Shown here piece after piece: positions 36,162 through 48,180 of a stretch of DNA of 64,000 bases. The notes under the pieces were generated by a model. It searched no databases. It was not told the origin of the DNA and saw only the letters and a list, made by a program, of their open reading frames with translations. Both the position numbers and the translations under genes were made by a program. Every line of letters starts with the position of its first letter. Position 1 is the first letter of the stretch. Origin of the DNA: Mytilus edulis (lineage: Eukaryota); the NCBI RefSeq assembly GCF_963676685.1, contig NC_092344.1, positions 90,458,001 through 90,522,000 on the forward strand, given 5' to 3'.

Positions 36162-39100
36162 TTATTTCGGTGGTAACAATACTGTGTCAATGACATGGAT
36201 GACTCCATTTGTGACGGGTATATCAGCCATTGTAACTTTGGCATTATTTATCATCACACCACCTGAAAAATAAATAAAAGAAAAGATATAAACTCATCAT
36301 AAAAACGAATAAAGTTTAATTCTTTCAGCTCCAGCACTTGAAAAAAATTAAGCTTGCACGGGCCATATGATTTGTAGGTTAAAACAGATGACATTTATAA
36401 TTGTCAAATTTTGTAAATAAGATTACCATATCAGGACAGATCAGATTAGCAGTAACGCTGTGACGCAAAAGGTGGTTCAAATAAAATCCACCTAGTTCAA
36501 TTTTAAGGAATTGTCCAATAATTCATTAAATTGACACAGTTCTTACAATAAAAAATATATTAGGTAGATGTCATTGAGAAACAATCTTTGGAAACACTGT
36601 CAAGGGCCATGAAATAAATCCTAGGCATATGCATTGTATTTGCTGTTTTATATACTACGTATATGTAACTCATATTACCTGAACTTATATCTACTTTTAC
36701 TGATTTACCCTCTACAGTTGGTACCATTCCGTTTGATAGCCCGGCACTATAGACTGTTCCCTTAACAACATGATACGTTAGCACCTCTACAACGTAAATG
36801 TAATAAATTACATTTTTGTCAACAAAGAGACACACATTGCTTCTACGGAAGTGTTTTATACACATTTAAAGGACACAAACAGTGTTCTTTACTACAATTT
36901 CTTCTCAATGATGAAATAAATAACAAATTAATCGCGCTTAAGGTGGTACCTAACACTACAGTGAGATAACTCTGTAAAATCAGCTTAACGTTTTTTAAAT
37001 TACGTTGTGTTGTTAAAGGAATATTAAGCTTCTCAATGATCAAAATAAGTGTTTGTCAAACTGCTATATAACCAGTGTAATTTTTCTGATAAAACGGTTG
37101 GTTCAAATTTTTTAAAATTTTTATATTTTTGTCAAAGGGTCAAAGTAAGTACTTAGTCAAAATTTCAAGAAAATTAAACGAGCCAAATTAATTTTAGTTA
37201 AAGTGTTGGGTACCACCTTAATAGCTAATCTGTATAAAAACGAAATACCACTTGATTGAAATTTTAGCAATGTCTACAGATGATCCAATGCATTATTCTT
37301 TCAAGATCTAGATAATCACGACATTTTCTAGATATACAAATCAAAACAATGTTATTTGTCTAGTTGGTTGTGAGTGTACTACCTCGTTGACTTGTACTAC
37401 GTCCCTTTCCTTCATAATACGAACTCAACATTATCATAAAAACATTATGGTATAACAGATAATATATTTTTTATACAACGCTCGCTTAATGTATATTATA
37501 ATTGATTGCTAAAATGCAGTATGGATAATGATAAGGAAATTGTTACTAAGAAAATTGGTACCGTTAATTTTATTACAACTTAATGTTCTACAAGTCTTAC
37601 CGATGAGAGCTGTCTGGTTCTGTAGAAGTTTGTTTATTGCATCTGGTGGGAGTTTGTTAAATGCTTCGTTTGTTGGTGCAAATAGAGTAAATGGGCCACC
37701 TACAACATACATATTTTAATTTTTTTGGTTCCTTTCATGTAAGAATACTGCAAAAAATACTGTAGTAAAGTTTAGCATGAACCGTTTTACTTAAAAATCA
37801 GCACTCGGTATTAAAAGCGAACATTCATAATTTTATCTAAGAAAATCAAAATGTCAGTATTTGTCTAAGAGAGATGAAAAATATTATTGTAGAATATTGT
37901 AGAATATAACAAAACAGGTTACCATCACAGAAGGTCGGTAGCATCTAAAAATTAAAACAATGAAAAAAGATTAATCAAAAATACAGAACTCCGAGGAAAA
38001 TTCAAATCGGAAGTCCCTAATCAAATGGCAAAATCAAATGAAAAACAATTAACAAAGGATAAATACAATTTCGACAGAATGATAAACTGTTTTGTATTAA
38101 AAAGAAAGACATTTTTAAATAGTTCGTTTCCATTTATGTTGGTGTTTGTTTTGTTGCACGTCAGTGTTCCTGTTGTACTCTTATAGTTGGTATGTTTCCT
38201 ACGGTTTTTTGTTTTAAACTTCGGATTTGTTTTCCCTCAATCGATTTATAACTTTTGAACACCGTTATAATGTTGACATTTTCGTACGATTGTTTTTATT
38301 TTTATATACGCTTCCTTTTAAGAATAAAATTATCTCCTTAATTTTTGCTGTTCATTTCCCTATGAATAGTGACAAATCAAAAAGAAAAGAATTGCATTCC
38401 AACACAAAATCATTGATACATTTGATTTGACTAAAACAGCCTCGTTAAAAACAATTCCTTTGGATATACGTAATTACAAATGGACACTTTCACCTATTTT
38501 ACCTGATAATGTTGCTCCAAGTCTAGCACTTACTACTAAGAATACAAGACTCGAAAAATCTTTTTGACCTGCAGCAAACTCTACAATATTTTGAGTTGGG
38601 ATCTCTGCAAGGACTTTGTCAATTACATGGATGACACCATTTGTTGCATTTTGGTCGGCCAATATTACCTTGCTCCCATCTACAGCTACAGTCTGAAGGT
38701 TTACAAAATAAATTACAGTTTTGCTATTTTACCCAAAAAAGTATGAAGATACCAAATATTACTTGGTTCATGTTTTTGAAGAATCCCGTTTGTCTATTTG
38801 TCTAGCTTTTTTCTGTAAAACTATTTGTCTTACCTCACCTGATGATTTTATTTACCCTACTTTGCTGCATTTTTGTGATCTTTTCATTAAAATTAATCTT
38901 TGTATATGTGTCGTTGTGTCTGTTTGTTGAAAGACTTTACAATTAATGACTGCAATACTATTTTTGTAAGTATTTTTAAAGAGAATAATCAGAATACATA
39001 TTAAAGTTCCAAAATAAAGAGGTGGATGATTCTCAATGAGACAACAATCCATTATTACCAAAAGACAAAGATGTAAATTATCATGTCATTGTATCACATT

Positions 39101-40596
39101 CAAGAATGAGCCCAACCTATATTGTAAAAGACAAATAAAAAAAAAAGACACAAGACACTAATTACATATTTAAGAGAACTAACTGAACGCAAAAGAATTA
39201 CCTGTCCGTAAATGTTAACTCTGACTTTTGCACCATTCAGTGTGGCTGCTGTCATATCATTGGTTAACTGACTTGAGTAAACTTTACCGCTCAAAACATG
39301 GAACAGCAGTACAGATTCTAGCAATTTTTTATCATTCATTAATTTATTTAAAACAGCTGGTGGTAGAGCTGCAAAGGCTGCATCAGTGGGCCCAAATACC
39401 GTAAATGGACCTATAATGAAGAGAGAAAAAGTAAAATGAAAAATAATAAAAATACCGAACTTCAAAGAAAATTCAAAACGGAATGACCATTATCAAATGG
39501 TAAAATCAAAAGCTCAAACACATCAAACCAATGGAAAACAACTGTCATTTTCCTGAATTGGTACAGTCATTTCATTATGTAGAAATGTTAGATTTAACGT
39601 TTAAAAGCTAGCTGAAACTCTCACTTGATTGACAGTCGCATAAAAGTCAAGTTTACTGACAAATATGTTTAAGCAAAAACCACCCGACATGATAGGTAAA
39701 ATGTCAAAAAGTGTGGTTGAACAATTGTGCTATAATGTTAAATAAAAACAACCAGCTATGTCAACAAAGAAAAAAAGGCATAAAGACAATCTATAAACAA
39801 GGCAAATATGAAAGAAAAGGAAACAAAAAAGACAAGCAGAATAAGACAATGGGGTGATGCATAAGAACCGAGTCACGTCAAAATGATATTACTAAACATG
39901 AACTACAAAGAATAAAAATATATATTCACAGACAAACAAATAACAGACTATACCACATACTTAACATGTAAAGATTAAAAATATTATTAAAGACAAAAAA
40001 GAACACTATTACACATATAAAACATCGTATAAATAACAGTTAAGAATAAGTAAACGGTTGATTCGTTTGTGAAGTAAAATTACATGTTCATTATAGTATA
40101 TATTTGAGATTTTACCTTTTTATATTGTCTGGTTGTTCTTTAACTACTATTGAAATTTGTAATTACATTTCAGAAATAAAAAGTATTACCTGCTCATATG
40201 AGTTGCAAATTTTTTTTTGTTAGTAATGCTTGTTGATCCAATGGTATCTGAACATTATTTTTTTTATGTGAAATTTTAATACAACGAAAACACTTCATAC
40301 GAATTATTTTGCTGTAACAAACGAAGAAGCATTTTTTTAGGAATACTTAAAAATATAAAAAAACGCAAACGAATAATCTAAATATTTGATGTATATTGTC
40401 TGCAGGATTGTTTTTCTATAAATTTCCTTAAACAGTAAAAAAAAATACATGACTAACCTTGACCGGACAAAGTATCAGCAAGCCCTGCATCTTTGACTAA
40501 GTTCACGAGAGTTTTAGCTCCAAGTTTTTCTGCAAGTTCTGGGATCGTCTGCGCATTAGAAAGCACAAAACAAACCACTAACAAGATCAGTTTCAT
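36162..40596 (-). CDS. Secreted two-FAS1-domain fasciclin protein, copy 3, 281 aa (close paralog of copy 2)
   Basis: Exons 40596-40458, 39410-39202, 38692-38503, 37699-37601, 36786-36679, 36262-36162; exon lengths identical to copy 2 (139/209/190/99/108/101); about 23 aa differences by hand count. Confidence 0.95.
36942..37217. mobile_element. TTAA-specific MITE (Kolobok-like), copy A
   Basis: TTAA|GGTGGTACCTAACAC ... GTGTTGGGTACCACC|TTAA. Confidence 0.85.
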
Positions 40597-40649
40597 GGTG
40601 CCAGTATTTGATTATTCAACGTTAATAATTTCGCTTGATTTGTTATTCC

Positions 40650-40656
40650 TTTTATA
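40650..40656 (-). promoter_or_regulatory. TATA box of FAS1 copy 3
   Basis: TATAAAAGG inside a promoter block alignable to copy 2. Confidence 0.65.
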
Positions 40657-40951
40657 TCCATAACTTATCCCTTTCCCATTCAGGCGACATTGTTTCTGTT
40701 GATAACGGAAACAATTGCATAATGTTGCTCTAGTAATTCATGTGACAAGAAGACTGACACATTAGTTTAGACGTATTTTGGTTATGGCAATCTAATCTTT
40801 GGAATTCCAAAGTACTTGTTCTTAACATAAGGTCGCAAATACCTGAGTTAATTTTGTCCTCATACTATGTAGAACACTCTTTGGTTCTGATGTCCTTAAA
40901 TAATTTATGTAGTTGGCTTCTCGAACTTTTAAATTCGAGCGTACCTTATGA

Positions 40952-41120
40952 GATCACCCCTAGTTTTTGGTGGGGTTCGTGTTGTTTATTCTTTAGTTTT
41001 CTATATTGTGCCATGTGTACTATTGTTTGTCTATTTGTCTTTTTCATTTTTAGCCATGGCGTTGTCAGTTATTTTCGATTTATGAGTTTGACTGTCCCTT
41101 TGGTATCGTTCGTCCCTCTT
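40952..41120 (+). mobile_element. Short 3'-end fragment of the 18836-type Penelope-like element, with TSD
   Basis: Matches the 3' terminus of the 18836 element; TTATGA duplicated at 40946-40951 and 41121-41126. Other copies at ~32603-32808(-), 35737-35856(+), 43375-43577(+), 56470-56650(-), 60262-60373(+). Confidence 0.8.
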
Positions 41121-41724
41121 TTATGAAGGATGTATTTTTTCTGTTGAGATTAAGTAATGCATCTCCCTCATGTAAAGCTGTTTTTTTTTTATTCGTTTTG
41201 GCTGTATGTTTTGTTCATAAGCTCTTCAATATTTGGAATTTCAAATAGTTTGGCCTCTTAAAATAATGATATACATATTATATTTTCGAATCATGCATTC
41301 ATCTGAAGCTGTTTACTGTTACCGTTAATGATGTTGTTGACAATTGTGTGGTATGCACTGAATTCAGTATAATTTCGCTTACCTAACCGATATAAGTATT
41401 TCTGTAAAATATAGTAAATCCTTGCATTGAATCCAGGTAGGACATAATGCTTAAGATATTCAGAAAGAAACAAAGAAAAAAGTGCTCATGATTTAGGAAA
41501 TATCCAATCAGAATAGTAATGATGTTTAAAGATATGCAAGATCTTCTATTATTTACTTTTTCACTTGAATACTAACTATAAAAAAATAAAGAGAAAATCT
41601 TTCGAATTCGTGTTGTTTCTTATTTATTATTTATAACTGTTGATGTAAATGTCCTTTGTTTTTTTTAGTCTTTGTTGATTGTTACTGTCTTAAATTATAT
41701 CAAGCATTGGTAGAAAAAGTTGCT

Positions 41725-43035
41725 ATACAAACAAATTTAATAATACTTTAAGATGTTTGGATGATATTCTTGCTCTCAATAATGACGACTTCAGTATGTA
41801 TACTAAAGAAATTTATCCTGTTGAACTTACTTTAAATAAAGCTAATACTAACAATTACCACTGCCATTTCCTCGATCTTGATATCTATATTATTAACGAA
41901 AAGCTTAATACTAAAATTTATGATAAAAGATATGATTTTTCATTTCCTATCGTTAATTATCCACTCTTAAATGGTGACGTTCCCATGTCAATTTCTTACG
42001 GTGTTTATATATCTCAACTTGTACGATTTGCTCGTGGTTGTAACAATGTTTTAGATTTTAACGAGAGAAATTTATGTATTACTGAAAAATTATTACACCA
42101 GTGTTTTCGATATCACAAACTAGTCAAAACATTTACTAAATTTTATCATCGGTATAAGACCATCATTCGTAAATATAGCTAAACATGCAGACTTCTTATA
42201 CGTTCAGATATTTCACATCCAATTTTTTATGGAAATATTCTTTATAAAGCACAACAATGTCAGTATTCACATCAGAAGCTAACAAAACCTTTAAATAGAC
42301 TTATTAAAAAGGGATATAGTTACGATACTGTTGTCAGGTCATTAGAAATTGCATATTTTGGCGTTAATACTGATTCACGTATATGGTCTTTGCATCGGAA
42401 CTATACATTCATTTAAAAAACAGTTGGCATAACATGGGTTATGTTCTTCTCATATATGTTATGATGGTATGGTACTAAACCGCTAATGGGAATGATTGTA
42501 CCTAATATTCATATGATGAAGAAATAATCTTTCTATCAGTTTAATTGAAGTCTGGAGCTGGCATGTCAGTTAACTGCTAGTAGTCTGTTGTTATTTATGT
42601 ATTATTGTCATTTTGTTTATTTTCTTTGGTTACACCTTCTGACATCAGACTCGGATTTCTCTTGAACTGAATTTTAATGTGCGTATTGTTATGCGTTTAC
42701 TTTTCTACATTGGCTAGAGATAATGAGGGTTGAGATCTCATAAACATGTTTAACCCCGCCGCATGTTTGCGCCTATCCCAAGTCTGGAGCATCTAGCCTT
42801 TGTTAGTCTTGTATTTTTTTAAATTTTAGTTTCTTGTGTACAATTTGGAGTTTAGTATGGCGTTCATTATCACTGAACTAGTATATATATTGTTTAGGGG
42901 CCAGCTGAAGGACGCTTCGGGTGTGGGAATTTTTCGCCTCATTGAAGACCTGTTGGTGACCTTCTGCTGTTGTCTGGCCTTCTATGGTCGAGTTGTTGTC
43001 TCTTTGACACATTCCTCATTTCCATTCTCAATTTG
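41725..43035 (+). mobile_element. Second Penelope-like element family, 5'-truncated remnant
   Basis: LDDILAL...FLDLDI...KIYDKRYDFSFPIVNYP...SYGVYISQLVRFAR, stop at 42182, then a long 3' region ending ...CCATTCTCAATTT; an inverted 3'-end fragment is at ~26677-26790. Confidence 0.82.
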
Positions 43036-43921
43036 TTTCTTCAAATCGATTTATGTGTTTTAATCTGCAATATGCTTCTGTTTCATTTATTTAAAAGTTT
43101 CTCTTTACATTATGCATTACCAACTGCTAAATCAAGCATACATTAAATGCGATAATATGTGTTATTATTATTTTTAAAAACTCTTAACTTCAAGTGGATG
43201 CTTTAGAAAAGTACTATTCATATAAACGGATATCCTCATTGTTTCCATTATTGACATAAACTCAAACTTCAATTGTGTGCTCTAGAAAAAGTTCAATTAC
43301 ATGAACGGATATCAACATTGTGCAAAAAGTGTGCCAAACTTTCATGTTTCTCATAACTATAACATGATCGAGACGACAGGTGTCACATGAGGAGCACGAT
43401 CTGCTTACCCTTCCCAGTTTTTGGTGGGGTTCGTTTTGCTTAGTCTTTAGTTTTCTTTGCTGTGTCTTGTGTACTGTTACTTGGCTGTTTGTCTTTTTAG
43501 TTTTGAGCCATAGTGTTTTCAGTTTATTTTCGATCTATGAGTTTGACTGTCCCTCTGGTATCTTTAACCCCTCTTTTACATTATTGTGTATCTTCATTAT
43601 AATGTGTATATCAAAAAGCGGCTTTTTAAATTTAATTAATCATCACAATTCCCATTGTTTTGCAATTGTTGAACTACAATGAATGGTACGAAAAGGATGG
43701 AGGAAATATGAACTAAAAATGATTTATGATATCTTCCGCGTATTGATGAATTGAATTGCGGAAATTAGAAAATATAAAGCAATAAGTTCAGTGCTGTCTA
43801 TTTATACAGTAAACCAAAACCATTGATATTTGACTGATTTTCGTACACTTTAGAGGAATTTTGAGATGTTTTTGTCGTAAACTGATATACATTTTACTCT
43901 GCAAACGCAATATTAAGGCTA

Positions 43922-45058
43922 ATGAACACTGGAATGGAGGCATACAGTAACATTTCATCAATCTTTGCAGAAAATTTTGATATTTCAACTCTGCTTATGC
44001 CTAACACCATCATTATATCAATCGGTATTCTCCTTTCTATTTGTGGAAATTCAATGGTTATGTTCATTCACTGGCGTAAAATGAACTCGCTGAAAAACTT
44101 TCGAATGTTTATTCCGTTTTTAGCGTTATCAGACAGCCTTGCAGCAATTATCTGTTCGAGCACTTCAATCTATCAGAACTTCAACTGGTATACATGGACT
44201 TCAAAATATTTATGTAAACTGGCCTGGTTCAGTATGTCATTGGTGCAAACAAATTCAGCCATTTTGTTGTTTGCAATTGCCGTTCAGAGGTACTTGCGGA
44301 TCTGTCATCCACTGCGGCGACCAATGAAGTTCCGGAAGAAGATCGGATTTTTGCTTTTTGCATTATGTTTTCTCGGCTTTGAATCGATTCCATTTATTTA
44401 CTTTTCAGATGTTGTTACTCATGACGATGTTCTTACAAATTCGAATGTATCTGAATGCAGGATGCTGGTCAATGCGGAGTTAATTCATACAGTGTATAGA
44501 TACGCTGATGATATATTTATACTGATCATCGTTGTTATAGTAACAATTTTATACATCAAGTCAGGTCTGGTTATTTCTGTATTATCTAAAAAAGCGACTC
44601 AGTCAAATATCATACACAATAACAAACTAGGTTTATTAGATAAAACTCAAGTACCCAATGGACTAGAATATATTGAAAATTCTGTTGATGGTGTTTCTAG
44701 ATCCTTCGATGCTCTGGACTCTTCAGATACATATAGTACAACAGAAAGGGTTTCCAAACCAAAACGGATGACCCGATCGAAGTGTAGAAAATATAGGAAT
44801 ATTAACATTATGTTCATAGTGATATCATTCACTGCCTTCTTCGTATACACTCCACGTACAGTGTTTAACATTTTAGAGCTCCATTCGACACATTTCTGGT
44901 TTCGTCTATCTAAGCCTGAGCTAAGACTATGGCTAGCCATAAAGAGGTGGTATCTAATAATGTACTGTGTAAATCCGTTTATATATAGCATAATGGATCA
45001 CCAGTTCCGGAGAGAATTGAAAAAAATGTTTTGTCGTTTGGAAACGAGTTCGGAATAA
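43922..45058 (+). CDS. Intronless class A (rhodopsin-like) GPCR, orphan or peptide-receptor-like, 378 aa
   Basis: Single ORF with seven hydrophobic segments; GN in TM1, LALSD in TM2, Cys atop TM3 (YLCK) and in ECL2 (SECR), QRY at the DRY position followed by ICHP, YTP in TM6, NPFIY in TM7, FRRELKKMFC helix 8. Confidence 0.92.
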   Translation: MNTGMEAYSNISSIFAENFDISTLLMPNTIIISIGILLSICGNSMVMFIHWRKMNSLKNFRMFIPFLALSDSLAAIICSSTSIYQNFNWYTWTSKYLCKLAWFSMSLVQTNSAILLFAIAVQRYLRICHPLRRPMKFRKKIGFLLFALCFLGFESIPFIYFSDVVTHDDVLTNSNVSECRMLVNAELIHTVYRYADDIFILIIVVIVTILYIKSGLVISVLSKKATQSNIIHNNKLGLLDKTQVPNGLEYIENSVDGVSRSFDALDSSDTYSTTERVSKPKRMTRSKCRKYRNINIMFIVISFTAFFVYTPRTVFNILELHSTHFWFRLSKPELRLWLAIKRWYLIMYCVNPFIYSIMDHQFRRELKKMFCRLETSSE

Positions 45059-46285
45059 TTTCTAGTTCCTCATAGTAATGTGATTGTAAATAAATAGATA
45101 TTTGAGCTATATAGTGCAACAGATAAGTACTAGTATATAAAAATAAAATGTCAAAGGAAATATTGTCAATTCAACTGTCATAATGACTGTTTTTAAGATA
45201 AGACGTGTCACGGTACTTGTCTATCCCAAATTCATGTATTTGGTTTTGATGTTATATTTGTTATTCTCGTGGGATTTTGTCTGATGCTTGGTCCATTTCT
45301 GTGTGTGTTAGTTACATTGTAGTGTTGTGTCGTTGTTCTCCTCTTATATTTATGCGTTTCCGTCAGTTTTAGTTTGTTACCCCGATTTTGTTTTTTGTCC
45401 ATGGATTTATGAGTTTGAACAGCGGTATACTACTGTTGCCTTTATTTATGGAATTAAAGTGTTAGTATATATATGAAAACACTAGAATTCAAGTATTACA
45501 AAACCAAGTGATTTCCTGTACTTAGTGCTATTAGTGTTCATTCTTTTATTTACGTTTCGTGAATATATTTATCGAACAAATTTTTTGTTGTTGTCTTCGT
45601 CACATTTACTATAAAAAATTTTGGTGCATTTGTTTAGATTTATTTGCATGTTTGTTTTAATTTTTATAGTCAGTTGTGATGTATATCTGTGATGTATGTT
45701 TACACAGTCTAGGAATTTAGAAAATTTGGTATTGACGTAAGATGTTTGATAGTCTCTGCTAATTTGAATAATCTTTCCTAGACTCAGAGCGACTGTCTAA
45801 TTGTATAGACTCTTGTCTATTATTAACGTCCGTATGTTGAGCTATTATGTTTTATAAGGTTGTTTTTTGTGTCATCCTGGTCCTGTCTTTTTTACGCATA
45901 CTCTACTTTTCCCTATATTGATATCATAAATAGAGTTATTGATCGATAACAAATCGGTCAAACTGTAAATCCGTGTGAAAAATATAAATAACAAATAAAT
46001 ATTTTTCATCTTCTTGAAATACAGATTAGTTATAGAACATTGTGTTGTATACATTTATTTGCATATTATGTCTTTTTTGATTTTGTCCTTTTGGGTATAT
46101 ATATTAGTGAAACAGAAACCCTACAACACGGCAGAAATGTGATATGTGGTGGTAAAAATATCATCTTCAACAATTATTTATCTTCTTTTAAAAATGTCAA
46201 TTTCAAGCCACAGAGAGTGCAACGTATGAAGATACGATAGATAGCAGTCAAAAAAAGAACAGACAACACCATACTCCCCCTGAAT

Positions 46286-46590
46286 GAACAAGAGTGCACA
46301 CGCTGAAATGTCTCGCCTTCTTTACTAATCATTGATAATAGGTTGATAGTCCTAAATATAAAGCTTTATTACAACTGTCACATAAACTTAATTAACCAAG
46401 AAAACTAAACATTGACCAATGAACCATGAAAATGAGGTCAAGGTCAGATGAACCATGCCAGGCAGGCATGTACAGCTAACAATTCTTCCATACAACAAAT
46501 ATAGTTGACCTATTGCTTATAGTTTAAGAAAAACAGACCAAAACACAAAAACTGAACACTGAGCAATGAACCGTGAAAATGAGGTCTACG
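46286..46590 (+). mobile_element. HINE/pearl-like non-autonomous element, 5' part
   Basis: AACAAGAGTGCACACGCTGAAATGTC start and repeated AATGAACCATGAAAATGAGGTCAAGGTCA units; second copy at ~63113-63875. Confidence 0.65.
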
Positions 46591-47869
46591 GATTAGAGTG
46601 CAATCTTTGTGAGTTGGTATACGAGGGTAAAAAGTTAATAATCAGACGTAACAATCGAATGTGCTGTCAAAGATCAGCCGCCATTGACATCTTTTATTGA
46701 CATTGTAACCAGTCTGATCCCTTATTCCAAAAGTTCTATGCCAGTTAGTCCTTTTGTCGTTTTTTAAATTTTTTGGCATTGGAAATTTTAGGTATGTTTT
46801 TGCTTACACTATTTAAATGCCCCTTGTTATCTTCTTTCTGGTCAACAATAATCATAAGTACGTGTGTATATGTAAAAAGTTTTATGGTCACCACTATAGA
46901 TTCGGTGCCTTATACCACGTTTCGGTATCTCAACTGACAAGCGACATGTTTCTGGCGGTCTTATAATCTTTAGATATCAGAGTAGTCGTTTGATATGTGA
47001 TTTAACCGATTATTTCATATCCTTTACTGATTGTGGATTCGCATGGCGGATGAAGTATGCATAGAAGGAGAAGCTTATCCTGTTGACGCACTCAGTCTCT
47101 CTCCTTTGTGAATTCATGCGATTCCCATAGTTTCTGTATGTTGTCTTGATTTTTTTCTTTTGAATCGATTTACGAGTTTTGAACATCGGTAAACTTCTAT
47201 GGCCTTAATTCGTTTTATTTATTAATTTTTAGATACTTTTATTTGAGGTTCAGTTGGCGACCTATCAGGCTGAGCGCGACGACGAACGGGGTTTTAATTA
47301 CATTGACTACCCACGAGGTTCTTGCACAGTCCACAAGACTACTCGTTTTGACGGTTTCAAATTTAGAACTGGGAAAGAAATATATAATATGAATGAATAA
47401 AACAAAACGAAATATTCATCAAAGAACCATTTATGCCAAGTCTGATCCGAAATCGTTAGTTCGTAAAGAGTTCTACTCTTTCAACTGCATTCAATAAAAT
47501 GTTTCAGGTATCAAATTATTGTCCATAATTGTAAGGTTTAAATGTACGAACCAATGTTTTCTTTTTTTAAGATCTTCATTTGAAAATCGTCATATTTGTT
47601 TTAAATGTTTAAATGGGGCTGGTGTATTATGTCCGTATGCCAATTAAAATTAGAAAAAATCCTTTTGTGAATAAATTTATTATATAAGCCAGATAAATCT
47701 CTGTTACATAAAGAAGACGTTTGTATATAGATATATAAGTCAAATAACCATTATGAAAGTATCGCCTTTCAATAAGTGTTAGAAAAGTTTCCATTTAGAT
47801 ATTATGCAAATGGCCGGTGCATGTCTCTACTGAAAAAGTACTATGTCCCCTTTTTTGAATGCATTTATG

Positions 47870-48180
47870 AATGTATCATCAGCTCAGTGGACAGTATTTC
47901 GGTACGGAAATGTCTGATTGATAACAAGCATATTCTTAAATCACCGTTTATGAATTTAGACGTTGTTATTAAAATAATGTTTCCACTTTCTCAGGCTAAG
48001 TTGACCTAAGATGAATTTTGCTATTATCTTTTTGGTCATAAAGCTCTTCAATTGTTTCGGTTCAAATACATCTTTTGCCTTCAAATATTCGGCTTTTAGC
48101 GTTCCTGATGAAGGTAAATCCAGAAAAGTGCTTAGGATGCACGGAAGTTGTAAAGTCCATGTGTTCATTTTTCACTGTTA
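47870..48180 (+). mobile_element. Retrozyme-like repeat with a variant hammerhead core
   Basis: AGCGTTC-CTGATGA-AGGTAAATCCA-GAAA-AGTGCTTAGGATGC at ~48098-48140; a homologous copy is at ~25070-25290. Confidence 0.6.

Noticed and set aside
23578-40596. FAS1 copies 2 and 3 as two alleles falsely assembled in tandem
   Set aside because: Introns and flanks align only in patches and carry different insertions; divergence looks too deep for alleles, though read depth would be the decisive test.
44647-44991. Antisense ORFs over the GPCR (and over the ligase at 52782-53270)
   Set aside because: Shadow frames of real coding sequence.
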